Shown: in pieces, positions 35,300 through 44,370 of the stretch
Numbering within the stretch: position 1 is the stretch's first letter
Layout: every line of letters begins with the position of its first letter
Assembly: GCA_963699665.1 (NCBI GenBank)
Contig: CAVOUR010000014.1
Location: 271,877-335,876, forward strand
From: an uncultured Alphaproteobacteria bacterium
Lineage (GTDB): Bacteria > Pseudomonadota > Alphaproteobacteria > Rhizobiales > Xanthobacteraceae
DNA length: 64,000 bases
Direction: 5' to 3'
Notes under the pieces: model-generated
What the model was told of the DNA's origin: nothing
The model's input: only the letters and a program-made list of their open reading frames with translations
Databases searched by the model: none
Translations under genes and position numbers: made by a program

Positions 35300-36031
35300 A
35301 TGGACTTTCGCGACCGTCATATCGTCGTCACCGGCGGCACCGGCGCGCTGGGCACGGCCGTGGTCGCGGCGCTGCTCGCGTCCGGCGCGGTCTGCCATGT
35401 GCCGTGCGTCGACGAGGCCGAGGCGCAGCGCTTTCGTCTGCGCGATCAGAAAGGCGTCGCGCTGACGGTCACCGGCAGCCTGGCCGACGAGGCGGCCGTC
35501 GCTCGCCTCTACGGCGGCATCGGACCGCTATGGGCGTCGATCCACATCGCCGGCGGCTTTGCCGCCGCGCCGCTGCGCGAAACCAGCCTCGCCGTGCTGC
35601 GGCATCAGATCGACATGAACCTCGTCAGCGCCGCGCTGTGCTGCCGCGCGGCGGTCAACGCCATGGCGAGCGGGATGGCGAGCGGGATGGCAGGTGGAAT
35701 GACGGGCCGCGGCGGCCGTATCGTCAATGTTGCCGCGCGGGCGGCTTTGGAATGGCGCAGCGGCGCCGGCATGGTGGCCTACACCGTGAGCAAGGCGGCC
35801 GTCGCCGCGCTGACCGTTGCGCTCGCCGAGGAGGTCGCCAAGGACGGCATCCTGGTCAATGCGGTGGCGCCCTCGATCATGGACACCCCCGCCAACCGCC
35901 AGGCCATGCCCACGGCCGATTACGCGCTGTGGCCGAAAGTCGAAGAGGTGGCGGCAACCATCCTGTTCCTCGCCTCGCCGGACAACCGCGTCACCCGCGG
36001 CGCCGTGGTGCCGGTGTACGGCAAATCCTGA
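35300..36031 (+). CDS. SDR-family oxidoreductase
   Basis: It carries VVTGGTGALG…YTVSKAAV…. It also contains a 12-bp x3 in-frame microsatellite (ASGMASGMAGGM) at 35666..35701. Confidence 0.8.
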   Translation: MDFRDRHIVVTGGTGALGTAVVAALLASGAVCHVPCVDEAEAQRFRLRDQKGVALTVTGSLADEAAVARLYGGIGPLWASIHIAGGFAAAPLRETSLAVLRHQIDMNLVSAALCCRAAVNAMASGMASGMAGGMTGRGGRIVNVAARAALEWRSGAGMVAYTVSKAAVAALTVALAEEVAKDGILVNAVAPSIMDTPANRQAMPTADYALWPKVEEVAATILFLASPDNRVTRGAVVPVYGKS

Positions 36032-36095
36032 TAGCCCGGCCGCAAACTCAGGCGTCCGCCGTTTCGACACGATGTCCGTGGGACCACCGCGGAAG

Positions 36096-37481
36096 CTACC
36101 CCGAAACCGGCACCACCTCGCGCGCCGGCGCGGTAACCAGCCGCGTCACCGCGGTCGAGGCGACGACCGCGTGCTGCTGCGCGTAAGCCTCGTGGTTCTT
36201 CTCGATATAGCCGAGGTCGTAGAGGTAGTTGACCATCAGCCCGAACGACTGCGCCAGCGCCCGCTCCGAGGTATCGCCGAGCCAGTTCAGCCGCTCCAGC
36301 CGCGCGCCGTTGCCGAGATGGAAGCGGGCGACCGAGTCGAGCGGCAAGCCGCGCCGGTTGCGGCCGCGCACGTAATACCAGGCGGCGGCGCGCAGCAGCG
36401 GTCCGCGCATCCGCTCGATCTTGACGGGGTCGCGCCACCAGTCGGCGTCGTCGAGCGCCGCGAGCGCCTCGCGATCGTCCTCGCCGAGCGCCAGCGAGGC
36501 CGTATGGGTGCGCTCGCGCTTGAGCCATTCGGCGAAGTTCGGCGCCGGCGACAGCGTCACGAAGGTGGTCACCCGATCGAGCTCTCGCGACAGCTCCTCG
36601 ACCACCTGCTTGATGAGGAAATGGCCGAAGCTCACGCCGGTGAGGCCGCGCTGGCAATTGGTGATCGAATAGAACGCCGCCGTGGTCGCCCGTTCCGGGT
36701 CCACCTCGTCGCGCTTGTTGGACAGGATCGGCGCAATCGCCGCCGGCACGTCACGGCTGAGCGCGACTTCGACGAAGATCAGCGGCTCGTCGACCAGCGC
36801 CGGGTGGAAAAACGCATAGCAGCGCCGGTCCGGCGGATCGATGCGGCGGCGCAGGTCGGCCCAGTCCTGGATCTCGTGCACCGCCTCGTAGCGGATGATC
36901 TTTTCCAGAACGATCGCCGGCGTCGACCAGTCGATGCGGCGCAGCACCAGAAAGCCGCGATTGAACCACGACGAGAACAGGTGGACGAAATCGTTGTCGA
37001 TGACGGCAAGGTCGTCGCGGCGATCCATGGCGTCGAGGAGCTGCTCGCGCATGTGAACCAGCGCCGCGGTGCCGCCGGGCGCAAGATTGAGCCGGCGGAA
37101 CAGCTCGAGCCGGCGCGGCTCGCTGGCGTGATGCAGATCGCCCGCGGTTTCGTCCGACGGAGCGGCCCGCCAGTCGGCGATCGCAGCTTCGATGCGGCTT
37201 CTGTCAGGGCCGAAGGTGGTGGCGAGCGTCTCGAAAAAGGCGATCCGCGGCCCGATGGTCAGCTCGGCGTAGCGCGACAGGATCTCACGGGCCAGCGCCA
37301 CCCCGGACGCCTCGCCGCGGCCCGACAGCAGCGCCTCGCACAGCTCGACCAGCCCCGCCGAGCGCTCGCGGGCCGGCTCGCGCCGCTCGCGCGAGATCAA
37401 GGCACGGCCGCGGTCGGCGATGCTCTGCAACATCTCGCTGAAGAAGGAGGTATTCACCAATTCGTCCCATCCACCCGGCAA
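36096..37481 (-). CDS. malonyl-CoA decarboxylase (MCD family)
   Basis: 461 aa. The sequence …AFFHPALVDEPLIFVEVAL…FYSITNCQRGLTGVSFGHFLIKQVV… matches the family. Confidence 0.85.
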   Translation of the reverse strand: MPGGWDELVNTSFFSEMLQSIADRGRALISRERREPARERSAGLVELCEALLSGRGEASGVALAREILSRYAELTIGPRIAFFETLATTFGPDRSRIEAAIADWRAAPSDETAGDLHHASEPRRLELFRRLNLAPGGTAALVHMREQLLDAMDRRDDLAVIDNDFVHLFSSWFNRGFLVLRRIDWSTPAIVLEKIIRYEAVHEIQDWADLRRRIDPPDRRCYAFFHPALVDEPLIFVEVALSRDVPAAIAPILSNKRDEVDPERATTAAFYSITNCQRGLTGVSFGHFLIKQVVEELSRELDRVTTFVTLSPAPNFAEWLKRERTHTASLALGEDDREALAALDDADWWRDPVKIERMRGPLLRAAAWYYVRGRNRRGLPLDSVARFHLGNGARLERLNWLGDTSERALAQSFGLMVNYLYDLGYIEKNHEAYAQQHAVVASTAVTRLVTAPAREVVPVSG

Positions 37482-37597
37482 CTATGAAGTAATGCTGGTC
37501 CGCAGCCATGACAAGTTGACGACGGGGCGTACCTGGAGAAGACCTGTCGACAATTCAAGTGAGCGCCAGGTTGCGCGCCAAACCGCGCGCCGGGCGC

Positions 37598-37641
37598 GAG
37601 CGCCAGACTGAGCGCCGGGCTAGGCGCCAGCCGAGCGCCAT
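37598..37641. repeat. array of four ~11-12-bp direct repeats (GAGCGCCAG-like), plus a fifth copy at 37561..37569
   Basis: The array reads GAGCGCCAGact GAGCGCCGGgct AGGCGCCAGcc GAGCGCCATgcc. It lies in the MCD / CaiB divergent intergenic region. Confidence 0.7.
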
Positions 37642-37718
37642 GCCTGGACAAATCCCCGCCGCTGCGCCACTTAGGCGCGCCCGCGCGGCGCCGGCCGCGC
37701 GGTTTTGAGGAGTGCTTC

Positions 37719-38891
37719 ATGCCGGGTCCGTTGGCTGGTCTGCGCGTGCTGGAGCTTGCCCGCATCCTGGCCGGGCCATGGGCCGGCCAGTTGCTCGCCG
37801 ACCTCGGCGCCGATGTCATCAAGGTCGAACGCACCGGCCCCGGCGACGACACCCGCGGCTGGGGACCCCCCTTTGTGCCGGCCGCCGACGGCGGCCACCT
37901 GTCGGCCGCATATTTCCACTGCGCCAACCGCGGCAAACGCTCGATCGAGGTCGATTTCACCACCGCCGGGGGCCAGCGCATCGTGAAAAAACTGGCGGCG
38001 CGGTCCGACGTGCTGATCGAGAACTTCAAGGTCGGGGGCCTGGTCAAATTCGGCCTGGACTACGACAGCCTGGCCCGCATCAACCCACGGCTGATCTACG
38101 CTTCGATCACCGGCTTCGGCCAGACCGGGCCATCGGCGGCGCGGGCCGGCTATGATCTGATGGCGCAAGGCATCGGCGGCATCATGGCGCTGACAGGCAC
38201 CGCCGACGGCGAGCCGATGCGCGCCGGCATTCCGGTGTCCGACGTTTTTTCCGGCGTCTATGCGGTGGTCGGCATCCTCGCCGCCCTGACGCGGCGCGAG
38301 AAGACCGGCCAGGGCGCCTATATCGACGCCGCGCTGGTCAATTCCACCGTCGGCGTGCTGGCGTTCCAGGCGCTCAATTATCTGGTGTCCGGCGAAATCC
38401 CCCAACGCATCGGCAACACCCATCCCAATATCGTCCCCTACCAGGTGTTTCCGGTGGCCGACGGCCATATCATCATCGCCACCGGCACCGACGCCCAGTT
38501 CATCAAGCTGTGCGGCATCCTGGGCGAACCGCAGCTCGCCGAGGTGCCGGCCTACCAGGACAACAAGGGCCGGCTCGGCCATCGCGCCGAACTGGTCGGT
38601 CGGCTCACCGCGCTCACCGCCCGCATGACCCGCGACGTCCTGCTGGCGAAGCTCGAAGCCGCCGGCGTGCCGGCCGGACCGATCAACGATCTGCAGCAAG
38701 TGTTCGCCGATCCGCAGGTGGTGCATCGTGGCATGCGGCTCGAACTGGAAAATCCCGCGGCCGCAGGCGGCAAGAGCCCCGGCATCCGCACGCCCATCAT
38801 GCTCGACGGCGCCCCGATGGCCTCCGACCGCCCGGCGCCGCGGCTCGGCGAGCACACCGCCGAGATTCTCCGCGAGATCGGCGAGGGCTAG
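37719..38891 (+). CDS. CaiB/BaiF family (class III) CoA-transferase
   Basis: 390 aa with the typical N-terminus LAGLRVLELARILAGPWAGQLLADLGADVIKVE…. Confidence 0.9.
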   Translation: MPGPLAGLRVLELARILAGPWAGQLLADLGADVIKVERTGPGDDTRGWGPPFVPAADGGHLSAAYFHCANRGKRSIEVDFTTAGGQRIVKKLAARSDVLIENFKVGGLVKFGLDYDSLARINPRLIYASITGFGQTGPSAARAGYDLMAQGIGGIMALTGTADGEPMRAGIPVSDVFSGVYAVVGILAALTRREKTGQGAYIDAALVNSTVGVLAFQALNYLVSGEIPQRIGNTHPNIVPYQVFPVADGHIIIATGTDAQFIKLCGILGEPQLAEVPAYQDNKGRLGHRAELVGRLTALTARMTRDVLLAKLEAAGVPAGPINDLQQVFADPQVVHRGMRLELENPAAAGGKSPGIRTPIMLDGAPMASDRPAPRLGEHTAEILREIGEG

Positions 38892-39013
38892 CGTCCTCCT
38901 GCCACGAACAGCGCGGCGTCCTCGCCGACGAAACGGCGGCGCGCGGGCAAGGTTGACAGCACGAGGACGGCCGGCGCAGAACGGCCGCTCCTTCAGCCCG
39001 ACCGGGATAATCG

Positions 39014-40543
39014 ATGACCCCACAACGAAAGCCGATCGCCTTCGGCGACCTGCGCGGTTGGATCGCTGCGCTCGATGCCGCGGGCGAACTGCAGCGGATC
39101 GACGCCGAAGTCGATTGGAACATCGAGCTCGGCACCATCGCGCGGCTGGCGCAGGGCGCCGGCACCGGGCCGGCGGTGCTGTTCAACACCATCCGCGATT
39201 ACGGCGCCAACAGCCGCTGCCGTCAGGTGTTCACCGGCGGCCTGTCGAGCCCGCGGCGCGTCGCCATGATGCTCGGGCTTGCGCCCGACACCCATCCGCG
39301 TGAACTGGTCAAGCTCGGCCGCACCGTCCTGTCCGATGCCATCCCGCCGAAAATCGTCAAGACCGGCCCGGTGAAGGAGAACGTGATCCGAGGCGACGAC
39401 ATCGATCTCAACGAATTCCCGGTGCCGCAATGGAATCGCGCCGACGGCGGCCGCTACATTCTGACTTACGGCGGCGTGGTCACCAAGGATCCCGACAGCG
39501 GCGTGATGAATGTCGGCATCTATCGCGGCATGGTGGCGGGCAAGAACCAGATCCCGATCCTGATGTGGCGCGCCCAGCACATCGGCCATCACGCCACCGC
39601 CTGGCAACAGCGCGGCCACAACGAGATGCCGATCGCGGTGGCGATCGGCTGGGAGCCGTCGCTCGGCTTTGTCGGCGGCGCGCCGGTGCCGAAGGGCATT
39701 TGCGAATACGACGTCATGGGCGCCATCCGCGGCGCGCCGGTCGAGCTGGTCAAATGCGAGACCGTCGACCTGCACGTGCCGGCCACCGCGGAGATCGTCA
39801 TCGAAGGCTACCTGCAGCTCGATGCCAAGACCTATGTGATGGAAGGTCCGTACGCCGAGTTCACCGGCTACGTCGCCGGCGACGCCTCGCCGAAGCCGGC
39901 GATCCGCGTCACCGCCATCACCCACCGCACCGATCCGATCCTGCGCGGCACCATCGAGGGCTCGATGCCGGGCAGCTTTTCCGAGAACGGCATGTGCTCG
40001 TCGATCATGCGCGCGGCGACCGCCTGGAACGTGCTCGACCGCGCCGGCGTGCCGGGCGTCACCGACGTGTGGTGCCCGCCGGTGCAGGCCGGCGTCAACA
40101 CCCTGGTGCAGATCAAGCAGAGCTATCGCGGCCAGGCCAAGCAGGTCGCCAACGCGCTATGGGGCTCGTCGGCGGCGCATGTGCGCTACAAGCACGTCAC
40201 CGTGGTCGACGACGACATCGATATCCACGATTACGCCGCGGTCGACTGGGCGATCGCGTTCCGCGTCAATGCCGGCGAGGACGACATCGTCATCATGCCG
40301 GCGACGTTCGGCGCCGGGCTCGATCCCTCGACGCGGCGGCGCGACCGCAACGTCCATCAGTTCGGTACCGGCAAATGGAATCGCGTACTGATCGATGCCA
40401 CCATCAATCTCGACTACGACCCCGACCCCGATCTCGGCGGCGCGCGCTTCCCGCCGACGGTGTGGCCGGATCAGAAAGACATCGACGCCGTCAGGGCGCG
40501 CTGGAGCGAACTGGGGTTCGAAAAGCGGACGACGGACGACTGA
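39014..40543 (+). CDS. UbiD-family decarboxylase, paralogue 3
   Basis: 509 aa. Motifs …FPVPQWNRADGGRYILTYG…EGPYAEFTGYV…VTVVDDDIDI… are present. Confidence 0.9.
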   Translation: MTPQRKPIAFGDLRGWIAALDAAGELQRIDAEVDWNIELGTIARLAQGAGTGPAVLFNTIRDYGANSRCRQVFTGGLSSPRRVAMMLGLAPDTHPRELVKLGRTVLSDAIPPKIVKTGPVKENVIRGDDIDLNEFPVPQWNRADGGRYILTYGGVVTKDPDSGVMNVGIYRGMVAGKNQIPILMWRAQHIGHHATAWQQRGHNEMPIAVAIGWEPSLGFVGGAPVPKGICEYDVMGAIRGAPVELVKCETVDLHVPATAEIVIEGYLQLDAKTYVMEGPYAEFTGYVAGDASPKPAIRVTAITHRTDPILRGTIEGSMPGSFSENGMCSSIMRAATAWNVLDRAGVPGVTDVWCPPVQAGVNTLVQIKQSYRGQAKQVANALWGSSAAHVRYKHVTVVDDDIDIHDYAAVDWAIAFRVNAGEDDIVIMPATFGAGLDPSTRRRDRNVHQFGTGKWNRVLIDATINLDYDPDPDLGGARFPPTVWPDQKDIDAVRARWSELGFEKRTTDD

Positions 40544-40595
40544 CGACAGACGACAGACGGACAGACGACAGATATCCGTCGTCCGTCCTCCGTCA
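40526..40595. repeat. GAC/GACA-rich microsatellite forming a hairpin between convergent genes
   Basis: GACGGACGAC (40531..40540) pairs with GTCGTCCGTC (40579..40588). The loop is made of GACGACAGA-type units. The element overlaps the UbiD-3 stop codon. Confidence 0.6.
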
Positions 40596-41189
40596 ACTGC
40601 CGTCCGCTACCGGCAGCCGCGGCTTGCCCGGCGGCACCTGCATGTCGAAGGCGCACAACAGCGCCGCGGTGGCGGCGTAGCTGCCCATCAGCAGAACGAG
40701 CTCGACCAGCTTGGTCGGCTCGAACAGTTTCTTGACCCGCGCAAAGCATGCCGACGTCACCTTGTGATCGCCGAACGTCTGCCGGCCCAGTTCGATGATC
40801 GCCGCATAGGTTTCGTCCAGACCGTGCGTGCTCAATCGGCGCTTGATGACGTCGATGACGGCCGCCGGCACGCCCTCCTTGAGAGCCTCGGGCTCGTGGG
40901 CGGCCCATTCGAACTGGCTGTCCATCTCGCGCGCCACCGCGAGGATCGCCACCTCGCGCACTTTCGGGTCGAATACGCTGTAGCGGAGATATTCATTGAA
41001 CGCGCCGCGCGCCTCCACGGTCTTGGTGCTGTAGAGCGAAATACCGCCAGGTCCGCGCAGGCCGACGATCGACTTCCCCGGCGTCGCGGCGCGGTCATAG
41101 GCGCGCTTGCCGACGTCGTCCAAGTCCTCGCGTTTCGGCAGCGGCAGGCGAAATCCGGATTGCGGATCGATATCCGATGGCAGTGGCAT
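40593..41189 (-). CDS. carboxymuconolactone decarboxylase (AhpD-like) family protein
   Basis: 198 aa. The sequence …EVAILAVAREMDSQFEWAAHEPEALKEGV… matches the family. Confidence 0.75.
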   Translation of the reverse strand: MPLPSDIDPQSGFRLPLPKREDLDDVGKRAYDRAATPGKSIVGLRGPGGISLYSTKTVEARGAFNEYLRYSVFDPKVREVAILAVAREMDSQFEWAAHEPEALKEGVPAAVIDVIKRRLSTHGLDETYAAIIELGRQTFGDHKVTSACFARVKKLFEPTKLVELVLLMGSYAATAALLCAFDMQVPPGKPRLPVADGS

Positions 41190-41204
41190 GTTCGGGCGTT
41201 CCAG

Positions 41205-41325
41205 CTGTTGTCATTGTCATGCCCGCGAAGGCGGGCATCCAGTAATCGCAATGAATGCCATTATCGCATTAATGTTGCCAGCCCGGCGCGGTTACTAGAT
41301 CATCCGCCTTCGCGGATGATGACAA
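41205..41325. repeat. MITE-like element (~120 bp) with ~40-bp imperfect terminal inverted repeats, each containing a GC hairpin
   Basis: The left end is GTTGTCATTGTCATGCCCGCGAAGGCGGGCATCCAGTAATCGC. The right end is GCGGTTACTAGATCATCCGCCTTCGCGGATGATGACAAG. The core is AT-rich. Confidence 0.6.
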
Positions 41326-41338
41326 GATTGGGCAGCCC

Positions 41339-42232
41339 ATGTTCTTTGAAGGCTTTACCCGCACCGAGATCAAGACCAGCGGCGCCCGCATCGTGACCGT
41401 CTACGGCGGGCGCGGGCCGCCGCTGTTATTGATGCACGGCAACCCGTTCAGCCATTTGTCATGGCACAAGTTCGCGCCGCGGCTGGCGGCCGATTTCACC
41501 GTGGTCGCCACCGATCTGCGCGGCTATGGCGATTCAGAAAAGCCGCCGGGCGGCGACGATCATTCCGGCTACTCGTTTCGCGCCATGGCGGCGGATCAGG
41601 TCGAGGTGATGGCGGCGCTCGGCCATGACCGCTTCTACGCCGCCGGCCACGATCGCGGCGCCCGCGTGCTGCATCGCATGTGCCTCGATCATCCCGGCAA
41701 GGTCGCGCGCGCCGCGATCCTCGACATCATCCCGCAGCACCATCTCCTCAACAATGTCACCCGCGCCTGGGGCACGTTCTCCTGGCACTGGTTCTTCATG
41801 ATCCAGCCGTACGATTTCCCGGAGCGGCTAATGGGCTGCGATCCCGACTTCTTCATCGAGAAGAAGCTCGCCAAGACCAAACAAGGCCTGAGCTTCTTCG
41901 ATCCGGCGGCGCTCGCCGAATACAAACGCTACTTCCGCGATCCGGCGACCATCCACGCCATGTGCGAGGACTATCGCGCCACCCACGGCGTCGACCTCGC
42001 CATGGATAGCGCGGATTTCGCCGCCGGCCGCAAGATCACCTGTCCGGCGTTGATCCTGTGGGGCGCGATCGGCGGCGTTGGCCGCAACCAGCAGTCGGAA
42101 GACATCTGGCCGCGCTACGCCGCCGACATCCGCGGCATGAAGGCGTTGCCCTGCGGGCATTACCTGTCGGAGGAAGCGCCGGAGGAGACGTATCGGGAGC
42201 TGCGCGAATTCTTTGCCGGCGGCGAACTCTGA
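41339..42232 (+). CDS. haloacetate (fluoroacetate) dehalogenase-like alpha/beta hydrolase
   Basis: 297 aa. It contains GHDRGARV, SWHWFF, CEDYRA and GHYLSEE, at positions matching my recollection of fluoroacetate dehalogenases such as R. palustris RPA1163. Confidence 0.7.
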   Translation: MFFEGFTRTEIKTSGARIVTVYGGRGPPLLLMHGNPFSHLSWHKFAPRLAADFTVVATDLRGYGDSEKPPGGDDHSGYSFRAMAADQVEVMAALGHDRFYAAGHDRGARVLHRMCLDHPGKVARAAILDIIPQHHLLNNVTRAWGTFSWHWFFMIQPYDFPERLMGCDPDFFIEKKLAKTKQGLSFFDPAALAEYKRYFRDPATIHAMCEDYRATHGVDLAMDSADFAAGRKITCPALILWGAIGGVGRNQQSEDIWPRYAADIRGMKALPCGHYLSEEAPEETYRELREFFAGGEL

Positions 42233-42236
42233 GGCG

Positions 42237-43226
42237 TCACGGGTGCAGCAGCAACTTGCCCAGCACCTCGCCGCCTTCCAGCATCTGGTGCGCCCGCACC
42301 GCCTCGGCGAGCGGTAGCTTGGCGTGGATGCGCGGCCGCAGTGTCCCGGCCGCCAGCATGTCGATCAGAGCGCGCATGCCGGCGCGGCGCTCTTCGACCC
42401 GATGGTCCCAGGTGTGGATGGTGAATTGCCGCACCGCGGGCGAGTTCTTGCGCAATGGCGGCGTCGGCAACAGATCGAGCGGCGCCTTGCCGCCGAGTGC
42501 GCCGTAAATGACCAGCGTGCCGCACGGTGCCAGCATTGCGATGTTGGCGGGGAAGCTCGGGCCGGCGATCGGATCGATGATGATGTCGACGCCCCGGCCG
42601 CCTGTGATCTCGCTGACCCGCTCGCCAACCGGCTCGCGCTGGCGATCGATGACGTGATGCGCGCCGAGTTCGCGGGCAAAACGGGCCTTCGCGTCGCTGC
42701 TGACCACGCCGATCACGTCGAGGCCCGCCGCCTTCGCCAGATCGATCAGCGCATTGCCCATGCCGCCGGCGGCGGCAAAGATCAGCACGGTCTCGCCGCG
42801 CCGTGGCCGCAGCCCATCGTTGAAGATGTGATAGGCGACCTGATAGTTGGCGAGCGCCGCCGCAGCATCGAAATCGACGGTCTCCGGCAGGAGAAAGGTC
42901 GCCGCCGCGGGCGCCGCAACGTATTCGGCATAATGGCCGCCGCGATGCGGCCGCTCGCGGGCCGTGGTGTAGACGCGCTGGCCGGGCCTGCGATCGGTGA
43001 CGCCGGGGCCGACCTTCTCGATGGTTCCGGCGAGCTCGGTGCCGGGCGTCGCCGGCAGCGGCGGCATGACGCCGTAGGTGCCGGCGCGAATCAAACAATC
43101 CGGCATGCCGACGCCGATCGCGTGGGCCCGAATCAGCACTTCGCCGGGCAGGGGCTCCGGGATGGCAACGTCCAGGCATTGCATCACGCCGGGCGGACCG
43201 GGCTTATCGAATCGGATGAGCTTCAT
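42237..43226 (-). CDS. zinc-type alcohol dehydrogenase / NADPH:quinone oxidoreductase family protein
   Basis: Counted from MKLIRFDKPGPPGVMQ…. The sequence includes …PGTELAGTIEKVG…AAAGGMGNALIDLAK…. Confidence 0.85.
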   Translation of the reverse strand: MKLIRFDKPGPPGVMQCLDVAIPEPLPGEVLIRAHAIGVGMPDCLIRAGTYGVMPPLPATPGTELAGTIEKVGPGVTDRRPGQRVYTTARERPHRGGHYAEYVAAPAAATFLLPETVDFDAAAALANYQVAYHIFNDGLRPRRGETVLIFAAAGGMGNALIDLAKAAGLDVIGVVSSDAKARFARELGAHHVIDRQREPVGERVSEITGGRGVDIIIDPIAGPSFPANIAMLAPCGTLVIYGALGGKAPLDLLPTPPLRKNSPAVRQFTIHTWDHRVEERRAGMRALIDMLAAGTLRPRIHAKLPLAEAVRAHQMLEGGEVLGKLLLHP

Positions 43227-43299
43227 GACGGGTCCGCCGCGTTCGGCTTTGCGCGCAATCGGTTCAGATCGAATCGATTGGCGCTCGCGCATTTTGATT

Positions 43300-43348
43300 G
43301 AGCATGATCGTTTCGGAAAACCGGTGCCAATGTTTCCGGATCATGCCC
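43300..43348. repeat. dispersed palindromic repeat (copy 3 of 4)
   Basis: The sequence is GAGCATGATCgtTTCGGAAAACCGGtgccaatgTTTCCGGATCATGCcc. Confidence 0.65.
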
Positions 43349-44370
43349 TAACTCGCCGCCGGCGCCGGCGCGGCGAGGAAGTTCTTCATCGTGTACCACA
43401 ACAGCTGGCGGTTCTTGCTGAAGCCCTCGCTGTGCGCGGTATTCGGCAGGATGACGTATTGGCGGTCGCCGTTCGGCAATTGACGGAAGAAGTCGAGCAG
43501 GTCGGCGTCGGTCGAGTTGCCGTCCCATTCGCCGCGGGTCATCAGCACCGGCGCCAGCACCTTGGCCGGATCGACCAGCGGCAGGTTCACCGCCATGTCG
43601 ATATAGGTCCCGGCGGGAATGGAATCGCCGAACTTCATCTCGGTGGCGACCAGCGCATCGACCATTGCCGGATCGTAAATGCCGGGATGGCCGTCGCGGC
43701 TGAAGATGGAGCGGATCATGGCGGCGTCGCGCTGGCGCCGGGGCGCCGCGCGCAGCTCGGCGATGCGGTCGCGGCGGCGCTGGATCTCGGCGGCGCCCTC
43801 GCCCTTGTAGGTGGAGGCGGCGAGGATCAGCCGGTCGACGCGCTCGGGCATGCTCTGCGCGAAGGCGGCGGCCCGGATGCTGCCTGACGATTCACCGAAG
43901 AAGTGAAATTTGCTGCGGCCGGTCTCTGCCAGCAGCACCGGCATCGCCGCCTTGAGGTCCTCGACGCCGCTGGCGATGTCGGAATTATTGCCGGAACTGC
44001 CGGAATAACCATAACCGTCGTGGTCCATGGTCCATACGTCGTAGCCGTCGCGGGCGAACACATCCATGAAGGAGTATTGGCTGCTGCCCGGAACATCGAG
44101 GTCGTAGCTGGAACGCGCCGATAGCGAGGAGCCATGGACGAGAAACAGCACCGGAAGCGGCGATGCGCCGCTCGCGGGCGCGCCGACGCGTTTGCGGAAC
44201 ATGGCGAGCTTCACGTCGCCCTTGCGGGCCCAGTATTCGGCGCTCCAGGTATCGGGCAGCGCGGCTTTGGCCGCTGCGGATTGCGCGTGCGCTGTGCCGC
44301 CGGCGAGGCCGGAGCCGATGCCGAGGCCGAGGCCGGCAAGGACCGTTCGTCGGCCGATGGAATGCTTCAT
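43348..44370 (-). CDS. secreted alpha/beta hydrolase with a Tat-like signal
   Basis: RBS GAGGAGAG. The N-terminus is MKHSIGRRTVLAGLGLGIGSGLAGGTAHA. The sequence includes …FLVHGSS… and the nucleophile elbow GESSGS. Confidence 0.75.
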   Translation of the reverse strand: MKHSIGRRTVLAGLGLGIGSGLAGGTAHAQSAAAKAALPDTWSAEYWARKGDVKLAMFRKRVGAPASGASPLPVLFLVHGSSLSARSSYDLDVPGSSQYSFMDVFARDGYDVWTMDHDGYGYSGSSGNNSDIASGVEDLKAAMPVLLAETGRSKFHFFGESSGSIRAAAFAQSMPERVDRLILAASTYKGEGAAEIQRRRDRIAELRAAPRRQRDAAMIRSIFSRDGHPGIYDPAMVDALVATEMKFGDSIPAGTYIDMAVNLPLVDPAKVLAPVLMTRGEWDGNSTDADLLDFFRQLPNGDRQYVILPNTAHSEGFSKNRQLLWYTMKNFLAAPAPAAS

